From the human T2T-CHM13v2.0 reference genome, Homo sapiens, in NCBI RefSeq assembly GCF_009914755.1, contig NC_060947.1: a DNA stretch of 64,000 bases; one strand, given 5' to 3'. Shown in pieces: positions 1 to 14,230 of the stretch. How positions within the stretch are numbered: position 1 is the stretch's first letter; each line of letters opens with the position of its first letter. The notes below the pieces were generated by a model that saw nothing but the letters and a program-made list of their open reading frames with translations, had not been told where the DNA came from and made no database searches. Both the position numbers and the translations under genes were made by a program.

Positions 1-112
1 TTTTTTTTTTTTTTTTAGCTCATCAGCTATCATTAGTGTTAATGTATTTTATGTGTGGCCCAAGACAATTCTTTTTCTTCCAATATGGCTCAGGGAAGCC
101 AAAAGATTGGAC
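1..112 (-). mobile_element. MER30 hAT-Charlie MITE, truncated by window start
   Basis: Reverse complement reads tccaatcttttggcttccctgagccatattggaag...gggccacacataaaatacattaacactaatgatagctgatgagctaaaa, matching the recalled MER30 consensus. Confidence 0.85.
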
Positions 113-114
113 TA

Positions 115-2625
<2,511 letters not shown>

Positions 2626-2862
2626 AAGGATTTTTTTTAAGTTACATTTTTTATTTTATTGTGGTAAGAACACAACATGATCTACCTGTTTGACACATTT
2701 TTAAATGTACAATACATTATTGTTGACTATGGGTACAATGTTGTACAGCAGATCTCTAGAGCTTATTATTCATCTTGCTTCGCTGAAATTTTATGCCTGT
2801 TGATTAGTAACTCCCTAGTTCTGCCTTCCCCCAGCCCCTGGCAACCACCGTTTCACTCTGTT

Positions 2863-4540
2863 TTTGGTGCCAATTTTAAATACAGTTGTATTCAAGACAT
2901 TGCATTTTGCACTTACAATACAGTGCTTATAAAGTTCAATGCTGTTTCCTTCCTCTGTGCACATGTTCCATATTCAAGTATTGAGAATATCCAGTAATTT
3001 ACTATAGCAGCTGAACTTTAAAACTGCCATAGAATTTGCTGCAAATTTGGGTCCTTCAAAGTTTTAACTGCGTGGAACAATGTTATATCTATACATGGGT
3101 TAGGTTAATCAACCTCTTCAATAGAGGGCACTGAGGAAGCAACACTAGAGGGAGGAGTTCTGTCACCAAGGAAGCTCCCAGGCATTCCTTCAAACGCCTC
3201 CTGCACTCTGGTACAGCTTGGTAACGACGGGGTTGCAGACTTCCTCCAGCTCTTTCTGCTGATGTTCAAATTCTTCCTTCTCTGTAGTACCATTCTTATT
3301 GAGCCAGTTGCTAATTTCATTACACTTGTCAAGAGTCTTCTGTTTATCCTCATCATTGTCCTTCTTATGGTTGTGCTTGAACTCAGTAATAAAATGGTTG
3401 ACCATTTGCTTGTTGAAGTCTTCTCCACCTAAGTGGAGAAGCTGTATATTTGACCTCAAAGATTCCATCCTCAATAGTGAGGATTGACAGATCAGAAGTG
3501 CCACCTCTTAGGTCAAAGATGAGCACATTTCTTTCTGCTTCAACCTTTTTGTCTAAGCCATAAGCAATAGCAGCCTAAGCCATAAGCAATAGCAGCAATA
3601 GTTGGCTCATTGATAATTCTTTTTTTTTTTTTTTAGATGGAGTCTTGCTCTGTTGCCCAGGCTGGCATGCAGTGGTGGGATCTTGGCTTGCTGCAACCTT
3701 TGCCTCCTGGGTTCAAGTGATTCTGGTGCCTGAGCCTCCCGAGTAGCTGGGATTACAGGCACACACCACCAAGCCTGGCTAATTTTTGTATTTTTAGTAG
3801 AGACGTGGTTTCGCTATGTTGGCCAGGCTGGTCTCGCACTCCTGACTTTAGGTGATCCACCCGCCTCAGCCTCCCAGAGGGCTGGGATTACAAGGGTGAG
3901 CCACCACACCTGGCCTTGATAATTCTAAGTACATTGAGACTAGCAATGGTTCCAACATCCTCGGTAGTCAGATGTTGAGAATCATTAATGTAAGTTGGCA
4001 TTGTGACCACAGCATTGGTAACAGTCTTCTCAGGGTAGGCTTCTGCAATTTCTTTAATCATTGTCAGACCATAAATGACACCTCCTCTGGATGGAAACTT
4101 TTTGTCTCTTACTTGTATTCTACTTGGACTTTGGGACTATCTGCATCATTCACCAGCAAGAACGACCAATGCTTCATATCAGACTGGACAACAGCATCAT
4201 CATATCTGCATCCAATCAGATGTTTGGCATCAAAAATCATGTTGATGGGGTTCATTGCAACTTGGTTCTTTGTGGGATCACCAATTAGTCATTTGGTATC
4301 AGTAAAGGCAACAGAGCTTGGGATGGTTTGATTTCCCTGATCATTGGCAAGTATCTCCAATATTCTGTGCTAAACGACATCCACACAAGAGTAGGTGGTG
4401 CCAAGATCAATACCAACTTGATCCCTTAGATCCCTTAGACATAGCAACAGGTCCCTTAGACATAGTTACTTGCATGTAGGTTTGGCTTGGCTTGCAAAGA
4501 ATACACACGAATCTCGAAGGCTGCCACTATGTTCAATGAG
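2863..4540 (-). pseudogene. Processed pseudogene of HSPA8 (HSC70); 5'-complete, internally deleted and Alu-interrupted
   Basis: Minus strand gives MSKGP..VGIDLGTTYSCV (ATG 4463-4461), [61 protein letters not shown] and terminal IEEVD* (stop 3105-3107). HSPA8-like 3'UTR runs to about 2866. No introns; many stops and frameshifts; TSD-like ccgtttcactctgtt (2848-2862) and ccatttcacttgtt (4541-4554). The specific HSPA8P number cannot be assigned from sequence alone. Confidence 0.95.
3621..3915 (-). mobile_element. AluS inserted within the HSPA8 pseudogene
   Basis: Full Alu; TSD ttgataattct at 3610-3620 and 3916-3926. Confidence 0.95.
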
Positions 4541-5032
4541 CCATTTCACTTGTTGATTCTGTGAATTTGACAATTTTACATACATCATAAAAATTGAATC
4601 ATGCTTTATTTGTTATTTGTCCTTTTGTGACTGGCTTATTTTATGCAGTATAATGTCCTCAAGGTCTAATCATGTTGTCACATATTGTAGAATTTCTTTT
4701 TTAAAGGCTGAATAGTATTCCAGTGTATATATATACTACATTTTCTTTATCTATTTATCTGTTGATGGTCATTTAGGTTGTTTCTACATCTTGGCTATTA
4801 TGAATAGTGCTGCAATGAACACAGGAGTGCTAATATCTCTTTGAGATTCTGATTTCAATTCTTTTAGATAAATACCCATAAGCGGGATTGCTGGATCATA
4901 TGGTAGTTCTATTTTTAGTTTTATGAGGAACCTTCATTCTGTTTTCCATAGCATCTGCATCATTTTGCATTCCCACCAACAGTGTATAAAGGTGCTTTTA
5001 ATTACTCCTAATCCACACCAATGCTTGTTGTC

Positions 5033-5340
5033 TTTTTTGTTTGTTTGTTTAGGAGACGGTCTTTCTCTGTCACCCAGGCTGGAGTGCAGTGGCATGATCA
5101 TAGCTAACTCCAGCTTTGAAATCCTGGGCTCAAGCAATCCTCCTGCCTCAGCCTCTTGAGTAGCTAGGGCTACAGGTGGGTGCCACCACACCGGGCTATT
5201 ACATTTTTTTTTTTTTTTTTGTAGAGACAGGGTCTTACTATGTTGCCCGGGCTGGTCTTGAACTCCTGGTCTCCAGTGATCCTCCTGCTTCAGCCTCCCA
5301 AAGTACTGGGATTACAGGCACGAAGCCACCACACCTAGTC
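5033..5340 (-). mobile_element. AluJ
   Basis: Diverged dimeric Alu with J-type ctcaagcaatcctcctgcctcagc. Confidence 0.9.
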
Positions 5341-6290
5341 GGCAATGGTTTCTTAAGTATGAAACCAAAAGCACAAGGAAAAAAAGGGGAAAAAAGATAA
5401 ATTGGACTTCATCAAAATTTAAAACTTTATGCTTTCATGGACACATCAAGAAAGTGAAAAGACAACCCATAGAATCACAGAAAATATTTGGAAATCTGAT
5501 AACAGTCTAGAATCCCAAATACATATAAAATTACAACTCAACAACAAAAAACAACCCAATCAAAATGAACAAAGAAATAGACATTTTTTTCCGTGGAGTA
5601 TATAAAAGTGAACAATAAGCATATGAACAGATGCTTAACATCATTAGCCAATAGAAGAATATGAATAAAAACCATAATGAGATACTACTTCTCTAGCATG
5701 GCTGTAATTTTTTAAAAAGTGAAAATAAATTTTGGAAAGGATTTGGAGAAATGAGAACCCTCACACATTGTTGACGGGAATGTAAAATGGTGCAGCTGTT
5801 GTTGAAAAGTTTATTAGTTCCTCAATAAATTAAACATAGAATGACCATATAGCAATTCAACTCCTAGATACATACTTGAGAAAACTGGTAATATATATTC
5901 ACACAAAAACTTGTACGCAAATAGCAGCATTATTCATAGCATCCAAAAAGTGGAAGCAACCCAAATTTCAATTATTCAACTCTAAAAATGAATGAAATAC
6001 AGATACATGATACAATGTGGATGAACCCTAAAAAATTATGGTAAGTGAAAGTAGCCAGAAACAAAAGGTCACATATTGTATGATTCCATTTACATGAAAT
6101 GTGCAGAATAGGTAAATCCATAGATTTATGGAGAGCGTAGATTTATTTGGAATGTAGATTAATGGTTACCAGGAGCTGGGGGTGGGAAGGAATGGGAGTG
6201 ACTTTTTAATGTGTATAAGTTACTTTTGGGGTGATTAAATGTTCTGGAATTAGATAGTGGTGGTGGTTGCATAATATTGTGAATGTATAT
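5341..6290 (+). mobile_element. L1M (L1MB/MC-like) ORF2 3' end and 3'UTR
   Basis: ataaattggacttcatcaaaatttaaaac...aagaaagtgaaaagacaaccc...atgttctggaattagatagtggtgg. Confidence 0.85.
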
Positions 6291-6440
6291 ATTTCTATTA
6301 TGTGGTTGGTGTTTTATTAATTTGTAGAAACTATATGTGGTGGATATAAAATTCTTTTTTAATATGCTGCAAATATTTTCTTTCAGTCTTTTGTCTATCT
6401 ACTAAATTTCCTTGTGTTATCTTTTTCTGTACAGAAGTTG

Positions 6441-6535
6441 AAAATTTTTACATACATGTGTTAATTTTTACATACATACACATACATGTGTAAATTTTTA
6501 CATACATGTGTAAATTTTTACATACATGTGTTAAT
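6441..6535. repeat. 20-bp tandem repeat (twaatttttacatacatgtg, about 4.5 copies)
   Basis: Repeat units read directly from the sequence; lies in an L1ME-like remnant. Confidence 0.85.
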
Positions 6536-6649
6536 GTTTTTTCTTATGGCTTTTGAATTTGAATCTTAAGAAGATATCTCCCACTCCAACATTATAAAAA
6601 TATTTTCAGTGTTTTCCTCTAATGCTTCTGAGCTCTTATTTTTTAATTA

Positions 6650-6940
6650 AAAAAATTTTTGTTTTTGAAGCAGGGTCTCACTGTGTCTCCCATTCTGGGA
6701 GTAGAGTGGCATGATCTCGGCTTGTTGCAACCTCTGCTTCCCAGGCCCAAGCAATCCTCCTACCTCAGCCTCCCGAGTAGCTGGGACCACAATTGTGCGC
6801 CACCACGCCTGGCTAATTTTTCATAGAGACGGTGTTTCACTAGTTGCCCAGGCTGGTCTCGAACTCCTGAGCTCAAGTGATCTGACTGCGCTGGCCTCCC
6901 AAAGTGGTGGGATTACAGGCATGAGCCACTGTGCCTGGTC
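6650..6940 (-). mobile_element. AluJ
   Basis: Diverged Alu; TSD-like tctgagctyttattttt on both sides. Confidence 0.9.
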
Positions 6941-7311
6941 TGAGCTTTTATTTTTAAATGAAGGTTTTAAAAGCATCTATAATTTTTTGTGCTTTGGGCA
7001 TGAAGTGAGAGTTTAACTATTTTTTTCCAAGTAGTGCTGTACAATTTATTGAACAATTCATGCTTTCCCTACCAATTTGAACTATTACCAGTATCATATT
7101 TTGATAATAACATTGAAAACGTAGCAGTCTTTGGCAGTCAGGTCTTTCAGAGATTCCTGTGTAATGATTGATGGTTATTATAGCCTATTCTATTTTAATT
7201 ATAAATGTACTAAAATAATGCAACTTATCTCTAAGCAGTTATTTTAAGTATTTTTCTCTGGAAGGCATTTTTGTGAAATTATTCGGTTGTCTCATCAATT
7301 TTGATGGTGGA

Positions 7312-7612
7312 TATATTCATCTGCTCAGGCTGCCATAACAAACTACCATAGAGCGGGAGGCTTGCCCAACAGAAATTTATTTTCTCACAGTTGTGGAGAC
7401 TGGAAAACCACCGTCAAGTTCCAGCAGGGTGGGTGTCTGATGAGTGTTCTCCCCTTGGGTTGCAGACAGCTGCCTTCCCTCTGTGTGCTCACGTGGCCTC
7501 CTTGGTGTGCTTGTGTGGAAAGAGGAAGGAAGAGGGGGAGGGTAAAGGAGGGAAGAACGAGCACTCTCTGGTGTCTCTTCTTCTGAGGACACTAATCCTA
7601 TCAGATTGGATC
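7312..7612 (-). mobile_element. MLT1A-type MaLR LTR, truncated
   Basis: ctgctcaggctgccataacaaactaccataga...agaaatttattttctcacagtt...ctctggtgtctcttcttctgaggacactaatcctatc. Confidence 0.8.
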
Positions 7613-7690
7613 AACTCTAAGACAATACTTTAATATATTACTTAGTAATTTTTATAACTTTCTAAGTATTTTCTTTTAAGTACCTTCTTA

Positions 7691-8548
<858 letters not shown>

Positions 8549-10129
8549 AAGGGTGGTTCATTAAATCATTTGGCAAATATTTATTAAGTACTTACTATTT
8601 GCCAAGGGCTGTACTAGTCACCGGGGAGGGCTTTCCAAGTGTTTAATGCGCTGATCTCTTTTGTCAATAAGAAAGAAAACTGGGAGTTAACTCTCTGCCT
8701 TCATTATAAGTGCCAAGAAAAAAAAGAGACTCTAGGAGACTCCCAGTGCTCCACAGGAGAATAATTAACTATCATTAAATAAAGTTTAATAGAAACAATA
8801 AAAACACTAACGTTAACATTATGATGATTTTGTCTAGTTGAATTAATTCAGAGCTTTAATAATTTCCAACTTTGTAACAAGTTTCTTTAGAGGTCATAGT
8901 TATTGTTATACTCCTGAGTAAATTTGGGTAAATCCTTGTTGCTCACCACTCAGGCACACATTACATAGTGTTGCCTATGTGAGAAGCAGCTCTATCAAAA
9001 ACCAATGCCAATTATTTGAGGCATTTGCATTTGGGACTTATTAATAGCCATGGGTGAAAAAGATATTCACTTGGTACTTACGGCCTTTAAAAGATGAAGC
9101 AGTAGTTTGAAGGAACCAGTGGTTTGGGAGAATTAAATACTGATTCCTATTGTACCCCGTTGACATACACAGTTTAAGCTCTGATCTTGTCTTAAATTAT
9201 TGGAATTGTGGAAACTGCTCCATTAATAACAATTTTAGTAACTTTGGGGGCTTAGTAATTGGTTTCAACATGACCTTTCTCTTGAAACATTTAGACTCTC
9301 CTTTCAGATTCCAGACATAGAACTAGTGTAGATTCTTTGGCATAATTGATTTGGAGTTCAAATGTAAAAGCACTCTTTTCTCTTACAGAAGCATCTGAAT
9401 TCATATCTCATGTATCTCCTGATCAGCAGCCAAATGTCTCTTTGAACTGAACTTTGGTTTCAATTGCCTGTGAAAGAACACGATTCTTCTCATCTTCCTC
9501 CAAGCATTCTTCTTACTGCAATTTTATTTGCCCTTGAAAGAGCCTGTCTTTGCAATTGGCCCTTGCACGGGTGTCCCTTTAAAATTGGGTTTCCAGATCC
9601 ATAAAAATTCTAATTTAAAATACTATTGGTTATGACTTCCTATTCTTGGTAAAAGAAAACAAATACTCTTGGTGATTTGAAACTAAGATATTTTCATCTT
9701 TGGGACAAATTTTGTAGCATTTAAATTTATTCATTGTGTGGAGAAAAAAGTTATTTTGAAAAATTGATGAAATTTTTGAATATTCTCTTTAATCTGTGAT
9801 ATTTTAGAAAAATTCAAAAAGTGTAAGTTTCTTAACTCATACAAATCCATAAAATGATGGGCCACAAAGCTCAATGCAAGGAAAAAAATAATCAATGTGC
9901 CCTACAGCATCCCCAAAGTAAATTGTGCTAATATGATGTATTTTAAGCCAGACCATCTTGAAAATAACCTTCAAATTTGGTGAAAATATGTCCACTTGTT
10001 TTTACAGCTAGAGAACAGACAAAACTAGAGAACAGGTGTTAATTACATACAGGTAAGACATAAGTGATCTGTGCAGTCATTGATGACCCTGGCCCTTTCT
10101 TCCGTGACTTCTGCTACTCATTAGTATCT

Positions 10130-10143
10130 CCACCAGAGGGCAG
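10130..10143 (+). promoter_or_regulatory. CTCF core motif CCACCAGAGGGCAG
   Basis: Full match to CCASYAGRKGGCRS in non-repeat sequence; binding is not demonstrated. Confidence 0.6.
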
Positions 10144-10284
10144 ACAGTAAAAGAGAAAGGAAAGGAGAGGAAAGGACATGAGGCTCTTGCAACCCAGCAA
10201 AGAACTTGAAACTCTTTAAGCCCATCTCTGAATTCATTCTGAGGTCCTGATGGATCTAGTTTATTTGAATGACAGTATTAGCTC

Positions 10285-10535
10285 TGATAGGGAACTGGGT
10301 CCCAATCATGACTCAGCCACTTCAGGTAGTCAAGAACTATTTACTGAGTGTCTGGTATATGTGAGGCACTGTTCTGGACACGGGATACAGTACAGACAAA
10401 AATGTTAGTTTGTGGAACTCGCAGTCTAGTGTTGTATTATAATCCCCATGAGCCTCAGTTTCTTTATCTGTACCATGGGGACAATAACACTGGAGTTTCT
10501 GTGAGCATTTAAATGAGATACTTAAGCACCTAACA
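10285..10535. mobile_element. MIR interrupted by an L2 3'-end fragment (about 10323-10430)
   Basis: MIR core gagcctcagtttctttatctgta; L2 tail tatttactgagtgtctggtatatgtgaggcactgttct. Confidence 0.6.
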
Positions 10536-11719
10536 AAGTTTATTATATTTTAATTTATACCTTGTACAGTTTTATATAGCGCCTATACAATTTTTAAATT
10601 TTATACTTTACAGTCCATACACAGTTTTATATTATTTATTATAATTTATAGTCTGTACATAGTCTATGTAGTGTCTATAAAGTTTTGAATTCTATTTGAC
10701 ATCATTCCATAAACACTTTTCTATGAGTGATTCTACTTAGTATTTTAATGGTTATACAACATTTCATCGTGTTGATTTGTCATAACACTTCAACACTGCT
10801 CTATTCTATTAGATACTTGGTCATAGAAAGTTCTCAGTAATTATTTGTTGAAAAAAATGCATGAACATCACATACTTATATTACTTGCATCTTTTCAACA
10901 TTATAAATAACACTTTATTTTCTGAATAATGTTTCTGGTAACTACTCTAAAAGTAGGATTATTGTATCAAAATGCATGACACAAGGCATGAATAGTTTCA
11001 TGATCCTCAATATATATTACCATCATGCTGCTGTAAAGACTGGTACTAATTTAAAACTAATAACTACATTGGGGTTTAATTTGTATTATTTAATTATTAA
11101 TATTGTTGAATTTCTTTTGTATAGTTACTTACTATTTGAATATCCATGTAGTCAAACTTATCTGTTTGTGGACCAGGACAATCTCGAGAGAAGACAGGGC
11201 AGGCCTTCTATGTAAGATGTTAGCTACAAGAGCACAAATAACCACCTGAGCCATAAGGGCATCAGGAGCAGAAAATGAGGTGACAGAAGGAAGAGCCATG
11301 CAGAAAATAAAAGGGAAGGGCATAAGAGACAGATGTTACAGTTTTGCCAAACTTACAGATGATAGATAAAGACTATTACCACAAAGGAGAACCTTTTTGT
11401 TACATCATATCGAGGGTGGGGCTGTTTTGTGCAATGAGCACCTGCAATGTTGCAAGTGAAGTTGGTGAACCCTGGTATCTTGGTTGGAGTTGAGAGTGCT
11501 GATGTAGCACTAGGCATGGAAACGTTGATGAATTAGTATGAATTGGGGCCTGGTTTGCAATGTGATTTGCATATCTGTGGTTTGGGGTTATGCATGCCGT
11601 ATATTTACCCCTTTGCCCTGAAGAATAAAATTGGTTGAGTAGTTGAAATTAAGCAATGAGTCTTTGATCTGAAATGGTTTGGTAAAATAAGCAATTGTGT
11701 GGTTTTAAAAAATACTGCA

Positions 11720-13830
11720 TATTGAAATATTTTCAAACCTACAGAGAAGTTACAAATGCAGTGCAAATAACTTCCATATCTGTTTCACCTAGATTCTTGT
11801 TAACATTTTACTGCATTTGCTCCCTCTTTCTCATATATATATAAACATTATTACATATATAAATAATATATAAACATTATTATATTAATGTGTATATATA
11901 TATACACATTAGTCTTTTTCTGAACCACTTGAGAGTAAGCTGAAGACATGATGTTCTATGATCCTTAAATATTCCAGTGTGTCTTTCCCCTAGCAAGTCC
12001 ACTCTCCTAACCTACCAGCATACAGCTCTCCAGGTCAGGAAATCCACAGTGGTACAACACTACCACTCAATCTGCAGACCCAATTAAAACTTTGCCAACT
12101 GTCCCAACAATGTCTCCTTTTCCTTTCTGGTCCATGATTCCATCCAGGAACACTTAGTTACCAGCAATTAGTTGTCATCAGTGTCCATCTAGTATTTAGT
12201 TGTCGTATCTCTTCAGGCTCCTTCAATCGGAGAGAGTTCCATAGATTTTTCCTGTCTTTCATGTCCTCAACAGTTTTAGCAACTACTGATTTTACATTTT
12301 GTAGGATGAGCCACGTTTCCTTATGACTAGACTCAGGCCACATTTTCTTGGCAGGAATACCCTAGAAATGATGCTGTGTTCTTCTTGGTGCATTGCATCA
12401 GAGAGCACACAATGCCAACCTATCCTGTCACTGGTAGTGTTAACTCTAATCACGGGGTATATTGGTGTCTGCAGGTTTCTCTAGCATAACAATGTCCCTT
12501 TTTTTTCTCTTTGTAATTGATCAGTATTTTGTGGGGAGATATTCCCAGATTATGCCAACATCCTGTTTCTCATCGATCTTCTACCCACCACCCTTAACTG
12601 CCTGAATCAACCAGGCAGTTAATTCAGTTATGTTATGGTGGCCAAATATTGATTCTCATTCCCATCAATCTTTCTACACTTATTAGTTGGCATTCTACTG
12701 TATGGAACAGAAGGGCTTCTCCTCTGTTCCAGTTATCTATTGCTGTACATCAAGCTAGACCCAAATTTACTGGCTTAAAACAACAAGAATTTAGCTCATG
12801 AATCTGCAATCTAGGCAAGGTGATATTTTAGCTGGGGCAGTCAGCTGGGGTTAGAGGATCCAGTTCCAAGGTGGTTCATCACTCACATGACTGACTAGTT
12901 GTTGCTGTCTTTTGACTGGGACCTCAGCTGAGGCTGCCAGCCAGAACCCTCACATGAGGCCTTGCTATGTAGCTGCTTGATTTCATCCCAGCATTGGGGT
13001 TGAGATTTAACAGCAAGTATCCCAAGAGAGCAAGGTGGAAGTGCATGGCCTTTTTCTAATACAACCTCAGAAGTCACACAGCTTTCATTTCCATTGTATT
13101 CTGTTGGTTGAGGCAGTCATAAATATCCATCTAGGGTCAATGGATGGGGACATAGCTCTTACCACTTGATGGGAAGATTGTTAACATCACATTGTAAGAA
13201 CAGCCTATAGGATAGAATATATTGTGGTGGGTATCTTTGTAGATATAGTCTGCCCTATCCTTTATTTATTTATTATTTATGTATGTATGTATGTCAATAT
13301 GGACTCATGGAGTCCTATTTTGTATAATTGGTTGCGATCCATTACTATCAACGTTTATTTTGATGCTCAAATTTTCCCAGATTTGACCACTGGGAGCCCC
13401 TTTCAAGGTGGTCTCGGTGTCCTTTTGACTTGTTCCCATTATTCTTTGAGCACTTTTTCTTTAGTGGAGGGTGGTATATGAAAACTATTATCTGAGCTCT
13501 TGGTGGGCTCATTGCTGCTGGGCTATTATTGCTTGCAGGTGCTCTTAGCAGACAGGGCTGGAAAATATATGTATGTATATATTAATACATACATGTGCAT
13601 ATATACACATATGTACATCTATAACTATTTTTATATCTCTCTGAGTATATATATTTAAAACATGAATTTATACCCAAACCTCCAATTTCAACCCAGAATG
13701 TTAACATTCGGTCTGGTCTTCCTCCTTTCTGTTTTTAGTATCTTCTCCAACAGTGAGAAGCCTGCCACTTATCTTCAATATAATCTTCACTTATTTGCTC
13801 AATTAATGTAAACAGTCTCTAAACCACATG
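11720..13830 (-). mobile_element. L1MC-type 3' region, split by an MLT1 LTR
   Basis: attgaaatattttcaaacctacagagaagttacaaa...; resumes after 13258 with tttattttgatgctcaaattttcccagatttgaccactgggagccc. Confidence 0.75.
12725..13258 (-). mobile_element. MLT1 (H/I-like) MaLR LTR
   Basis: tgttccagttatctattgctg...tggcttaaaacaacaa...acctcagaagtcacacagc...ccacttgatgggaag. Confidence 0.7.
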
Positions 13831-14049
13831 AGTCTACTCTCCCACCTACCACTTCAACACCCCACCACCAGTGATCTACATTCTCAAACAGGATCAGGCA
13901 CATTACCAACGAACTTCCAGGTGGCATTCTGTATCGCTTCAGCATCCCATGTCTTTGGTCACCAATAGGCACTCCTCCAGCACATCTCTGCACAGCTCCC
14001 CTCCTCTCTGAAACTGGTCAAAATGTGGTACAGGGTCTTCACTTTTTGA

Positions 14050-14230
14050 AAATCCACACTAGCTCCTTTTTCATCTTTAAAAAATGCAAATTCGATCATG
14101 TTGTTCCCCTGCTTAAAACCCCTGAATGACTTTCTGGTCCTTAGGCTAAATCCAAAAACTATAATATGGCCTACAAAACCCTACATCATTTGACATCCTG
14201 CCTGCTTCTTCAGTATCATCTGAATTATTT
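14050..14230 (+). mobile_element. L2 fragment
   Basis: gatcatgttgttcccctgcttaaaacccctgaatgac...atggcctacaaaaccctacat. Confidence 0.6.

Larger units (their letters stand above)
2631..5030 (-). mobile_element. L1MA/L1MB-type 3' end, split by the HSPA8 pseudogene (pieces about 2631-2862 and 4541-5030)
   Basis: L1 3'UTR text (tgttgtacagcagatctctagagcttatt...cagcccctggcaaccacc) resumes after 4541 with gactggcttattttatgcagtataatgtcctcaagg. Confidence 0.85.

Noticed and set aside
3105-3504. A functional mini-HSP70 protein from the pseudogene ORFs
   Set aside because: The HSPA8-homologous frame is broken by upstream stops, frameshifts and an Alu, and the EEVD tail is in a different frame from the lid helices.
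2863-4540. SNORD14 snoRNAs associated with HSPA8
   Set aside because: They are intron-encoded in the parent gene; this copy is intronless and shows no such sequence.
6441-6535. Repeat array as CRISPR-like
   Set aside because: Contiguous tandem units without unique spacers, in eukaryotic DNA.
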